Source of the DNA: Azolla caroliniana
Lineage: Eukaryota > Plantae > Polypodiophyta
NCBI GenBank assembly: GCA_043228905.1
Contig: JBHGNT010000010.1
Coordinates: forward strand, 14,632,001 to 14,696,000
Length of the DNA stretch: 64,000 nucleotides
Direction of reading: 5' to 3'
Shown here: in pieces, positions 1 to 11,846 of the stretch
Numbering within the stretch: the first letter of the stretch is position 1
Layout of the letters: every line of letters starts with the position of its first letter
Translations under genes and position numbers: made by a program
The notes under the pieces: generated by a model
What the model saw: only the letters and a program-made list of their open reading frames with translations
The model's database searches: none
Told to the model about the DNA's origin: nothing

Positions 1-291
1 ATGAACAGTTTCCTTAGTGAACTCGGGATAAAGCAAGAAGAATTCTTGCTCCACTGTGATAATCAAAGTGTCATACATCTAGCAAAGAATGCCACGAACC
101 ACTCCCGGACCAAGCATATACAGAGAAGGTATCACTGGTTGAGGGAGAAGGTTGAAGAAGGAGAGTTTACTTTCGTGAAGATCCATACTGATGACAATGG
201 ATCTGACATGCTAACAAAGAACCTGCCGATGGACAAACTTAGAGTCTGTCAACAGAGGACAGGACTAACGGACTCCTCGCCACTGGAGTGA
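1..291 (+). CDS. Ty1/Copia pol C-terminus (RNase H), partial at the window edge
   Basis: Copia RNase H motifs CDNQSVIHLAKN, HSRTKHIQRRYHW and DNGSDMLTK; the stop is followed by purine tract AAGGGGG. Confidence 0.93.
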   Translation: MNSFLSELGIKQEEFLLHCDNQSVIHLAKNATNHSRTKHIQRRYHWLREKVEEGEFTFVKIHTDDNGSDMLTKNLPMDKLRVCQQRTGLTDSSPLE

Positions 292-301
292 AGGGGGTGT
301 T

Positions 302-968
302 TGTTAGGAATATGTCCCTCCAATGAGAAGAGTTGATTGCTCGAAGAGAGCCGACAGTCAAAGATAGGGATTAGCCGACTGGTCTAGCCAAGAGCCGAGA
401 GTCGATGATAGGGAGAGTCGACAAGAGGAGATAGAGGTCAAATACATGACCAGCTAGTCGGGCCAACCCGATAGTTGATGAATAGGCCGACTAGTCGGAC
501 CGACCTGGACAATAGACAAATTAGTCGGCTGATTAGTAAGATTATTATTATTATTAGAGAATAATAATGGCCACAATAGTAAATAACCCATACTATGTAT
601 TAATATATATACATACCTAGGGCAAACTGTATATAGAACAAAATAGTTGTAGCCTCTGTTACATAGCGTGATAGTGTGACGTTGTAGAGTGAGAGGGCAA
701 GAGAGAGTGAGAAAGAGAGCGACACCATAGCTAGTGAGTTTGGATGTCAAGAGCCTTGTGCGTCTTATACACTCTGTTTTTCCAGAGTGTTGTATTGTAT
801 GATCTCACCTTGTACTTCTCTCTATATAGTGGAATCTCTGTTCCCGTGGTTTTTCCCTGTTTAGGGTTTCCATGTATATACATTGTGTATTGTGCATTTG
901 TTGTTTCCACGTGTGTTGTGTATTTCCGAGTTAGTCTTTGTCATAGATTTGAGGTTCGGCCCTCAACA
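302..968 (+). repeat. 3' LTR of the Copia element at the window start
   Basis: Follows the PPT; starts TGTTAGG and ends CCTCAACA; TATA-like TATATAGA near 571. Confidence 0.8.
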
Positions 969-1517
969 CATCTGACTTACCAATATAATGTAACAGATTC
1001 CTCAAATTTACTTTACATGTATAAAATCACATAGGTATACATCGAACCACATTGTATGCATAAAAGAATCCTAAACAAAGAAATAAACCAACAATGTAAT
1101 CGATATAGTAATAGAGGCCTTTGGTCTCTACACACACGCAACACCCAAATTAGTATACGCAATATGTAATTGAGGTATTGACCTCATATGAATACGAAAC
1201 ACATCGACACATCAAACATGTATAAGATGAATTTTGAATAACGTAACATTGTATGTAATACGATGGAGGCATGAACCTCATACGTATACATAATGCATAT
1301 ATGATTTATACACATAAAATACATCAATGACAACTTGTTCTAAATATTTATACTTAAACATGCATAATCATGGGAGAAGGAAGAATAGAATAAGGAGAAA
1401 CATTATTGGTTAATGGAAAGGTGATACCAAAGTTCTTTTATTGATGGCTTTCTCTATATACCCCGCTACGGACAAATCAATCAATCATTAGAAAGAAAGA
1501 AAATAAATCAACGAAAG

Positions 1518-2289
1518 TGTCGGGAACGCAACGTTCCTTATGCGCAACGCTCGGCCACAACCGAGCTTAGAATGATACACAGAAATACGGGAAATAAAAA
1601 CGCGACACAAAGAAGGAGAGAATACACAGGAAGTTTACGTGGAAAACCCCAAACTAGGGGGAAAAACCACGGCAGCCCACAGGCTGCAAACTGTCACTAT
1701 GTAGGAATATACAGCAGTGAGTTCACTGAGGCAACGACCTCGTGCTCACAGATCTTCGCCACAAGCGGCGGTTACAACAGAGGCAACGACCTCGTCTCTC
1801 TCTCTCTCTTTCTCTGTACAGTTACGCACTCTCTCTTCTTCTTGCACCAACAAGGAAGAAGGACAACAACAGTTTCTAAAAGTTTGCCCTAAGTCATATT
1901 TATACTAATATGACTTTTCGGCTATTTACAAATGTAGCCTCGATAGGCTCTCAGAAACATATTTACGAATATGTCTCCTCATCCGGTTCATACCGGGCCT
2001 GCACCATCCGGCTCTCCGTAGCCGAGTACTCCTCATCCGGTTCATACCGGGCCTGTATCATCCGGCTCTCCGTAGCCGAGTACTCCTCATCCGGTTCATA
2101 CCGGGCCTGTATCATCCGGCTGTCCGTAGCCGGGTACTCCTCATCCGGTTCATACCGGGCCTGCACCATCTGGTTGTCCGTAGCCGGGTACTCCTCATCC
2201 GGTTCATACCGGGCCTATCGGCCTCGACCGAGTTCGTTCATCGGCACTGTTCTTCTCCCTTCCCATCCGGAGGGACCTGTTTCCCAACA
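1518..2289 (-). mobile_element. Solo LTR, family A (Copia-type, related to the LTRs of element B)
   Basis: TGTCGGGA..TTCCCAACA termini with perfect 5-bp TSD GAAAG; homologous to 25847-26570 and 4688-5312. Confidence 0.92.
1974..2215. repeat. 54-bp tandem array (about 4.5 units) in U3 of solo LTR A
   Basis: Unit TCCTCATCCGGTTCATACCGGGCCTG(C/T)A(C/T)CATCCGGCTCTCCGTAGCCGAGTAC. Confidence 0.9.
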
Positions 2290-2310
2290 GAAAGAAACAT
2301 TTGAAACTCA

Positions 2311-2321
2311 CTCTGATACCA
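2311..2321 (-). other. tRNA-iMet PBS of a further minus-strand LTR element (K)
   Basis: CTCTGATACCA is the reverse complement of TGGTATCAGAG. Confidence 0.75.
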
Positions 2322-2663
2322 AGATTTAGAGATAGAATCTAATGTGAACATGAAATAAGGAGATAGATAAGAAAATAAAGGGATAAAGAGAGAAAGAAGG
2401 GTGTCAATCACTTCCCGAGCAAAGGGATCAAGACAAACTTGACCTTGAACAACGTCCAATACTAACATTATGGGCTTGGAGTAGTACTAGTATTGATTCA
2501 TGCTCACACAAGAGTCTCTTCACCACGAAATCCTAGTCTCCGTGTAATTGAATGATTTTGTAATTAGGTTCCTAGGCCTCAAATTTATAGTCAAACCCAA
2601 GGCCCCCATGCAAGTTCACACTTAGCCCTTAACGGTTGTCTCAATACCAAGAATGGAAAGTAA

Positions 2664-3258
2664 TGTAGAGAATGATGCAGAATATTGCTCGGCCACAACC
2701 GAATCTAGAATCACTTCAATGAGAATCAAACACAGAAATGGGAAGTAGGGAGTGAAAGCACGTACACACACGAACAATAGAGAGTACACATGATGTTTAC
2801 GTGGAAAACCCGAATGGGTAAAAAACCATGGGAGCCCATAGACTCTGAACTATCACTATGTAAGAAAGGTACAAAAGAGAGACTTAGAGGCAACAACCTC
2901 AAGCTCTGTATCTTCGCCAGCCAGCGGTTACAACAGAGTATCGCTTTGTATCCCTGTCTCTCTATACAACAATTATCTCTACAACAATATGACAACCGTT
3001 CCGTAAAGTGATTGCCCTAAGTCATATTTATACTTATATGGACATAGGGCTATTTACAGATATAGCCTCAATAGGCTTACTCAAAACATATTTACAAATA
3101 TGTCTTCCCTTCCGTTTCTCACCAGGTCTCCTCCAGTTTCCGGATCTCTTCTAGTTCTCACTGGGTCCATCCGATCCGGTTTCCGGATCTCTTTCAGTTC
3201 TCATCGGGCCCTCTTCATTCATAACCGGATCCCATCCGGAGGGACCGATTTCCCAACA
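2664..3258 (-). repeat. 3' LTR of Copia B
   Basis: TGTAGAGA..CCCAACA; direct repeat of 7335-7886. Confidence 0.95.
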
Positions 3259-3269
3259 ATCTCCCCCTT

Positions 3270-6200
3270 CACTCCGGCATGGGATGTCTGTCATCCCGAT
3301 CCGCTTTCGGCACACGTCCAGCTTGTCGATTGCCAACACCTTGGTCAACATATCTGATATGTTCTCCTCCGTGTGGATCTTCGTCAACTCGAACTCTTGA
3401 TCTTCTACTCTCTCCCGGATCCAGTGGTACCTCTGCTGGATATGTTTCATCCAGGAATTGTTGGCCGCGTTCTTTGCAAGGTGGATGACACTTTGACTGT
3501 TGCAATAGAGCCGGTATTCCTCCTGTTGGATCCCTAGCTCTCCGATGAAGTCCTTCATCTGGATTATCTCCTTGCCAACTTCTACAACTGCCATGTACTC
3601 CAGCTCCGTGGTTGACAACACAACCGTCTTCTACAGCCTCGATTGCCACGAGACAGCTCCCCCTGCATAAGTCATGAAATATCCGGATGTCGACTGACTG
3701 GTATCCGCATCAGTCGACATATTTGAATCCGCGAATCCGTCAAGTTGGGGATTACCGGAGCCGAACTAGAGGCACATACTTGAGGTGCCTTTCAAATACC
3801 AGAGTATCCACTTGACCACGTTCTAGTGCTCTCTTTCGGGATTTCTCATGAACTGGCTCACCACTCCGACTGCATATCCAATATCCGGCCAAGTACATAC
3901 CATCGCGTACATCAAGCTTCCGATGGCAGAGGCATATGGTATCTTCGTCATATCTGACTTCTCTGCCTTTGTCTTCGGGCTTTGCTTTCCAGACCACTTG
4001 TAGTTTGCCGGAAGTGTCGATCCAACCAGTTTCGCCTCCGACATGTTGAACCGTTGAAGCAACTTTGTCACGTACTTCTCCTGTGACAACCACACCAACT
4101 TCTTCGACCGGTCCTGGATGATGTGCATTCCCAATATCTGTTTTACTAGCCCCAAGTCTTTCATTGAGAAGGTCCGGTTCAAAGCCTTCTTCAGCATCCG
4201 GATCTTGCCTTGGTCTCGTCCGACGATCAACATATCATCCACATATAGGAGAAGTATTAGCAAATCTCCTCCTTCAAATTTCTTCACAAACACGCAATGA
4301 TCGGCCTGCATCTTGTGGTACCCTTGGTCAGTCATGAAGGAGTCAAACTTCCGATACCATTGTCGGTGGGCTTGCTTCAATCCGTATAAGCTCTTCTTCA
4401 GCTGGCACACCAGGTGCTCATTCCCTTTCTTCTCAAATCCTTCCGGTTGATGCATGTAGATCTCTTCTTCGAGGTCACCATGGAGGAATGCCGTCTTGAC
4501 GTCTAGTTGCTCTACCTCGAGGTCCATGCTTGCCGCTATTCCCAATACCGTACGGATAGATGCCATCTTTACTAACGGGGCAAAGATCTCATCGAAGTCC
4601 ACTCCTTTCTTCTACTGGAAGCCCTTCACCACGATCCGGGCTTTGTAACTTGGTGGATTTCCGGTGTCTCTCGGTTTCAGCTTGTACAACCAGATGATGA
4701 GTACCCGACAAGGAAGACCCGGTGAGAACCGGATGACAAGTATCCGGCAAGGAAGGCCTGGTGAGAACCGGATGACAAGTATCCGGCAAGGAAGGCCTGG
4801 TGAGAACCGGATGACGAGTACCCGGCAAGAGCCGGATGGTGAAGGCCCGGTGAGAAGTGCTCACCGGATGAAGGGACATATTCGTAAATACGTTTCTGAG
4901 AGTTCATCGGGGCTATATTTGTAAATAGCCGAAAAGTCACATTAGTATAAATATGACTTAGGGCAAACAGAGAGGTGTGTGGTTATTATAGTAGTCATTT
5001 CTTGTTGGTGCAAGATTTGAGTGCGTAACTGTGTACAGAGAGAGAGAGAGAGACGAAGAGGTCGTTGCCTCTGTTGTAACCACCGCCTGTGGCGAAGATA
5101 GCAAGCTCGAGGTCGTTGCCTCGGTGCTTCACTATTGTACATTGTGATATAGTGATAGTTTGCAGTCTGTGGGCTGCCGTGGTTTTTTCCCTAGTTTGGG
5201 TTTTTCCACGTTAACATCCTGTGTACTCTTCTCTTCACTGTGTCGTGCGTACATTACCCGTTTTCTATGTTTGATCCTAGACTCGGTTGTGGCCGAGCGT
5301 TGTTCATCGGGAGTGCACATAAGCGAGACACACGAACACCTTCAGATGTCGGTAAGACACGTCCTTACCAGTCCATACTTTCTGCGGTGAGTCTCCGTAC
5401 AAGGGTATTGAGGGTGATTTGTTTATCACGTAGGTCACCGTCGTCAGCGCCTCAGCCCAAAACAACTTGGGTAACTTGGCATGTGCTAACATGCTTTGGA
5501 CTCTCTCCATTATGGTCTGGTTCATACGTTCCGCCAACCCTTTTAGTTCCGGCGTCTTCGGCATAGTAAATTCGAGCCGGATTCCCTTCAACCGGCAGTA
5601 CTCCTCGAACTGCCCCCGATATTCTCCTCCATTGTCCGCTCGAACCACATTCAACTTCCAGCCGGTTTCTCTTTCCACTCTCACGTGGAGCTCCTTGAAG
5701 ATGGATAGCACCTGATCCTTCGTCTGCAATGGTGAGACCCACAACTTCTGGCTGTGGTCATCTATGAACGGCACGAAGTACTGCAATCCGGCATGTGACT
5801 TCATGTCCACTTGACACACATTGGTATTCACAAGGTCCAGTGGTGCATTCCGTCTCATCGGTGGTCTTGACCAGAAGAAGGTTTGGTTTTTCTTGCGGCC
5901 AAGCAGTCAGTGCACTTCTCAAGATGCATGTCTTTCACCTTCGGAATAAGGTTGTCTTCGGCAAGTCTTCTCATCCCCTTCTGGCTCATATGACATAGTT
6001 TCTTGTGCCACAGCTCACCGGCAGTGTCGGATGCAACATTCACTTCTTCCTGGCATATCCGGACATGCATCAAGTACAATGTGTTGACCTTCTAGGCTTG
6101 AGCCACTATTAGGCTCCCTTTGCTGAACTTCATAACTCCGTTCCGGATGTTACCCGTGTAGCCTTCATCATCTAGACGACTGACTGATATCAGGTTTAGT

Positions 6201-7305
6201 CAAACCTCTGGAACATGTCGGACATCCTTCAGCAACAACTTGCATCTGGTTGGTGTCGTCAACGACACATATCCTATGCCGACAATTCGGCAGGTCCCTT
6301 CATTCCCCATCCGGACACAACCATGATCTCTGGCTGTGTAGGATGAGAAGCACCTTTGGTCCGGTGTTAGGTGGAACGACGCTCTGAAATCGACAACCCA
6401 CGTTGTCTCATCACCGACAAGGTTTAACTCATTCTCCTTGGTAATGAGCATAAGTTCCTCTTCACTTGTCGCAATTGCCGACGTTCCTTTCTGATAGGAC
6501 CTCTCTGGTCCGAACTCTTCTTCAAATTGGTAGTGCCGGTTTCTTTCTCTTTCCGGAAATGCCGACAATTCTTCTAGAAGTGTCCCGACTTTCCACAATA
6601 GAAGCACGTGGGCCTCTCCCTTGACTTCGACGTCGTCCCCGATTTGTCCTGGTTTTGGGGACTCTGATACCTGCCTCTTCCCCGGTTGTGGTCATCTTCC
6701 GTGACCAAGGCCTTCGGATCGGTTCTGGACTCCCGGTCCTTTTGGCGAGCTTCTTCATCTAGCAAGCTTGACTTGATTCTTGCTAGGGATAACTGTTTTC
6801 CTTCTGGCCTGGTGTTGCCCAACATGACAACTAGCGTCTCCCAACTATCCGGGAGAGAACCGAGCAGGAGTAATGTGAGTACCTCATTGGCGAGAGGTAC
6901 TTCCAACGAGGTGGCTTGATGTATCAGCCCTTGGAAGGCATTCATGTGCTCCGCCATACTGGAACCGTCCTGGTACCAGAGCCTCACTAGCTTCCGGAAT
7001 ACTGAAACCCGATTGACAACATTCTTGTTCTGGAACTTGATGCCGATCTTCTCCTAGAGTTCATGAGCCTTGCTCTCTTCATTGAAGTTGTTGTACAGGC
7101 TCATGTCGATGAAGCACCGGATGTATGCCTTCGTCTTCATGTGCATCATCTCCCACACTGTGGTGTCGATCTTGTCCGGTCTCTTGTCCCCGAACTGAAC
7201 CGGCAACCAAAGATCTTTAACTACCAGCATATCCCTCATCTTCGACTTCCACACTGAGTAGTTGGAGCCGGTGACCTTGAACATGCCACCGAACGATTCT
7301 TCCAT
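3270..7305 (-). pseudogene. Copia B gag-pol with stops, frameshifts and an internal replacement
   Basis: gag (NYSVWKSKMRDML; zinc knuckle CFYCGKSGH), PR (WVVDFRASFH), INT (RADNGGEY, GLAERMNQT), RT (QLDVKTAFLHG, LYVDDML), RH (STTELEY, SDMLTK). Confidence 0.93.
4688..5312 (+). mobile_element. End-truncated family-A LTR fragment, antisense inside B pol
   Basis: Colinear with 25847-26570; 39-bp tandem units; no TG/CA ends and no TSD. Confidence 0.85.
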
Positions 7306-7334
7306 TTCCTGTGTTGTTCGCTCTGATACCAGTT

Positions 7335-7886
7335 TGTAGAGAATAATGCGGAATATTGCTCGGCCACAACTGAGTCTAGAATCACTTCAATGAGAATCAA
7401 ACACAAAAATGGGAAGTAGGGAGTGAAAGCACGTACACACACGAACAATAGAGAGTACACAAGATGTTTACGTGGAAAACCCGAATGGGTAAAAAACCAC
7501 GGGAGTCCACAGACTCCGAACTATCACTATGTAAGAAAGGTACAAAACAGAGACTCAAAGGCAACAACCTCGAGCTCTGTATCTTCGCCAGCTAGCGGTT
7601 ACAACTGACTATCGCTCTGTATCTCTGTCTCTCTATACAGCAGTTATCTCTACAACAATATGACAATCGTTCCGTAAAGTGATTGACCTAAGTCATATTT
7701 ATACTTATATGAACATAGGGCTATTTACAGACATAGCCTCAATAGGCTTACTCAAAACATATTTACAAATATGTCTTCTCTTCCGGTTCTCACCGGGTCT
7801 CCTTAGGTTTCCGGATCTCTTCCGGTTCTCACCAAGTCCTCTTCATTCATAACCAGATCCCATCCGAAGGGACCAATTTCCCAACA
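7335..7886 (-). repeat. 5' LTR of Copia B
   Basis: Adjacent to PBS TGGTATCAGAG; followed by TSD AGTAA. Confidence 0.95.
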
Positions 7887-8796
7887 AGTAATACTCCCAT
7901 CTTTCGATTCTCAATTAACCCTCACTCCGTGTGTGAGAGTTAGTTGAGAATAAGTTATGGTGATGCCTTTGATAAGGTTACAAAATAATGTGACAAGATT
8001 TAATGTTATAAATGTGTGACTAAGCTACATACACTAGTTTATAAGCGAAACAAGTTTCACAACATTTGGTAAAGCATGTGTATCTATATAGTATCGTCAT
8101 GCATTGAACCCTATTGTAGTTGGCACTACCTTGGAATGTTGTCCAATGTCTTCTACAAGTCCCTCAAGTTTAAATATTTTCATAATCTATTAAAAAAATG
8201 TGGATATTGTATGTTGAAAGTCACATATTGGAGGCTATATATATCTCAATCATCTCTCATTTTGGTAAAATAAGTGGGGTCAACAATTTTGGTCTTACGC
8301 GGTGTAATGGTATCATCTATGGACCCATATTGGCAATATGGGCAATTTTAAATGGAGAAGGATCAATGGCTAGTCATTGTCATAACAAGACGAGCTTGGG
8401 AAAGATAGTCGCTTCCTTTCCATCTTTTTTGTATTTTGTAGCTGATATACCTTTTTAAAATTGATGCAAGGATATGTTGTTTAGAAGAAGAAAAATGTGG
8501 ATATTGGGGTCAAAAGATCCAAAATGCTAGAGTCATCAAATGATTACGTGGGGGAGTTTTAGAAGGGGAACATGTTCCATCCATTGTGTTTCATGAATCA
8601 AACAAATGACATGCTTGATGAAGCAATTGTGGAATGACATTACCCGGAATAGAATAAGTGTCGATCGTAAATGTTCTATCAAAGGATAAATCAATGCTCA
8701 TTACGGTCTATAACCATAATGGAGAGCTTGATAACTAAAATGTTAGGATGCATTATTTGCCAAAATTTTGAAGAGGTATTATAGAGTTCATTATAT

Positions 8797-8945
8797 TGTG
8801 AAATGCACATAAGAGATCAAAACCAACCTACTTAGCTTCTTACTTCTTACTCAATTTATAGTTGATACAAAGGTACCCATTTGGGTAGGCTTAGCTAAAA
8901 AGGGTGTGCTAAAAGGGTGGCACAAAGGAACACATGCACACCACA
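8797..8945 (-). repeat. 3' LTR of L (149 bp)
   Basis: Repeat of 53050-53245 lacking about 47 bp of AAAGGGTG-type subrepeats. Confidence 0.85.
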
Positions 8946-9110
8946 TTTCCCCCCTGAGAGAAACAAGAGACTGAGGAGCAGGAACAGGAATAGGAGCATT
9001 GGCTTGTCGAAGGAGGGGGAGCATCTGTTGGAGATAGAGCCCCCCAAGTGACACTATCCATGTTGGCAAGTTTCGAATGGACATCAATGGACAATTTTGG
9101 TGAGAGGTCT

Positions 9111-10301
9111 TGTTGTGAAAATCCGTCACTATGTGCGGATCGTGAGGCGGAACCGCCGAGGTCTTGGACCGGAAGCATTCGAAGTTTGCACTAGCTTTAG
9201 CGAGAAAGTATTTAAGATAGATTGAAATAGTGAGAGATTGAGATAAGATAGAACATTTGGCTTTAGATTTGAGGAACAAGATATATCATCAATTGGATAA
9301 CGAATTTTCTTCTTATTAAATTCTTGATTAATACATAGCCCAAATGGGATAACAAATTTCTTCTTTTTTTATTAATTTCTTGATTAATACATAGCTCCCT
9401 TTGATCTTTTTCATCCACTCTTTTATAGATGCCCCCATGCATATGATGCATCTAAGGGTACGAGACATGCATACAATGCATGTGATGCATGTTTGCCACT
9501 TGGCGCTCATGCAGTACATGTGATGCATCATAACCATGTCACTCATTCAAGCTCCAATATGAGAATTTACATGTGAAAGTATAATGATAAAATATAACTC
9601 GAAGAAATGACTTGGCTTTTTCGTTTCACACTGAAATCTTCAAGACACCATGTGTCGCGATCAACCTATCTGACCGATCTGTCTGTCTGGTCCCGACTGG
9701 TCCGATCCGCATCTCGTCCAGTCCGGTCCGGATCCGGTTCCGTCATCGTCCGTCCGTTCCTGGTTTCGTCATCCGTCCGTTCCCGGTCCCGATTCCATCG
9801 TCGTCTGTCTGTTCCTGGTTTCATCGTCTGTCTGTTCCCGGTTCCGTCGTCCGTCCCTTCCAGATCCTGGTTCCGTCGTCATCCGTCTGGTTCCGGTTCT
9901 CCAAAACCATTTTGAACAACTTGGCCGCATCCATTCGTCCAAGTTATACAACCCAACCTTTTTGTGCTCCTAACACATAAATGAAATATAAAGAGTTATA
10001 GCTCTACTTATATAATCTTGAATACTAATGGTGTCCTATCTATGTGGGATATCTCACTGTTTTGTTTTCCTCTTCTTCTTCTCAAACTTCACACTCATAT
10101 AACTTGAAACTAAGTTGTCCATTTCACATGTAGTAAATGCATTCGGTAGCTCTTGAAGACATCCATCTTTTTGCACCAAGATATTAAACTAATATAAAAT
10201 AGTATCTTTACTATTATTATTTCATATTGTGTGTAAAGAACTACACTTGATTTTGTACGTTCCATACAATTTTCACATCGTTGCCAAAAAACTTTACGAC
10301 A
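9111..10301 (-). repeat. 3' LTR of C
   Basis: TGTTGTGAAA..TTTACGACA; homologous to 51384-52694; followed by TCCGCCCCCACCAAACCGC (PPT position). Confidence 0.92.
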
Positions 10302-10373
10302 TCCGCCCCCACCAAACCGCACGTCCTCCAGTATGTGCCAAGAAGAGAGAGTGTGAGATTCCGCCTACGGTGA

Positions 10374-11846
10374 TCAATCAAATTCCTCCATGTCCTCGTT
10401 CACATAACTCAAGTCTTTAGGTTTCGTCCTATTATCTTCATCGTCGAGGTGATCGAGGTCAGGACCCTCGTCTTGTCTTTTCTTGAAAATCTTTACTCTT
10501 TTTCCCGCAATGGGTATGGCCAACCTTGATCCATCTAGCTCCGCAAGGTGGTATGTGACATTGTCGTTGGCACTTGTCACCACATATGGTCTGAACCATC
10601 TTCTTGCGAACTTTCTTGTTGTCCTATGTTGATTGTCAAGGGTGTTGTCATAGACCAATACCCAATCTCCTTCTTCGATATTTTTGGGACGTAGTTGATG
10701 TGTCTTGTCGAACGGAATCTTGTTCCTCACTCGAGTTGCCTCCATCATCTTTTGTGCTTTTTCTAAATCTTTAGGCCTTCTCTCAAGCTTCCTTATCCGT
10801 GCCTCTAATAATTCTTCTCGTCTCATCTCGTTCTCCCATGGTATCACTACCCATGAAGCGATGGTCAGGACCCTCGTCTTGTCTTTTCTTGAAAATCTTT
10901 ACTCTTTTTCCTGCAATGGGTATGGCCAACCTTGATCCATCTAGCTCCGCAAGGTGGTATGTGACATTGTCGTTGGAACTTGTCGCCACATATGGTCTGA
11001 ACCATGTTCTTGCGAACTTTCTTGTTGTCCTATGTTGATTGTCAAGGCTGTTGTCATAGACCAATATCCAATCTCCTTCTTCGATATTTTTGGGATGTAG
11101 TTGATGTGTCTTGTCGAACGGAATCTTGTTCCTCACTCGGGTTGCCTCCATCATCTTTCGTGCTTTTTCTAAATCTTTAGGCCTTCTCTCAAGCTTCCTT
11201 ATCCGTGCCTCTAATAATTCTTCTCGTCTCATCTCGTTCTCCCATGGTATCACTACCCATGAAGTGATGGTCCTTTCGATGGGCATTATCGGCTTCTATC
11301 CATACATAAGCTCTGTTGGCATATACCCTGTCACTGAACTGTGTGTAGTTCTGTCGACCTACAAGGCATAGGGCAATAGTCATGGCCAATTCCCGACTTG
11401 ACCATTGCATGCTCGTACGATGGCTTTGATGATTGGTCCATGCCCTTGCTCGATCTTCCCATTCGCTTCTGGATTGTAGGCAGTCGTGAGGGACAACTTC
11501 ACACCTAGTCGTTCGAAGAGCTCCGTTGCTTTGTGTGCATCCAACTCCCCTCGGTCGGCCACTATCTTTCCCACACATCTATATCGACAGAGAACCTCTT
11601 CGAGTAGAAATTTGCAAACAACTGACGTCGTTTTATTTGCCAAGGCCCGTCCTTCCACTTGATTTGTCAAGTCTTCTCTTGCCAGAACTAAGTACTTCAT
11701 TTGTCCCACTCCCATTGGCATCGAGACCAGATCCACCATCCATTTGAAGTGTATGGTGAGTGGGTATGTCGGTCGCAACTCATCACGATGATGTATGTTC
11801 GAATGTACTTGGCAAGTTTCATGTGGACATGAAATGGAGTACATCT
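10374..11846 (-). pseudogene. C integrase with a 406-bp tandem duplication of the C-terminal part
   Basis: WMVDLVSMP, IVADRGEL, YNPEANGKIEQGH, GDWVLVYD..WFRPYVV (GPY/F-like). Confidence 0.9.

Larger units (their letters stand above)
2664..7886 (-). mobile_element. Full-length, decayed Ty1/Copia element B
   Basis: LTR pair 2664-3258 and 7335-7886; TSD AGTAA; iMet PBS 7321-7331; PPT (CTCCCCCTTC) 3261-3270; domain order gag-PR-INT-RT-RH. Confidence 0.96.
2325..8064 (-). repeat. Probable 5' LTR of element K, split by Copia B (about 2325-2663 plus 7892-8064); right end uncertain
   Basis: Adjacent to the PBS; minus-strand TATA (AAATTTATAG at 2581-2590); candidate end CACAACA at 8064. Confidence 0.45.

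Noticed and set aside
1910-2329. Repetitive ORFs or a CRISPR-like array
   Set aside because: Head-to-tail 54-bp units without unique spacers; the ORFs arise because the unit length is a multiple of three
8065-8796. Possible decayed coding sequence continuing after 53245
   Set aside because: No motif I can support
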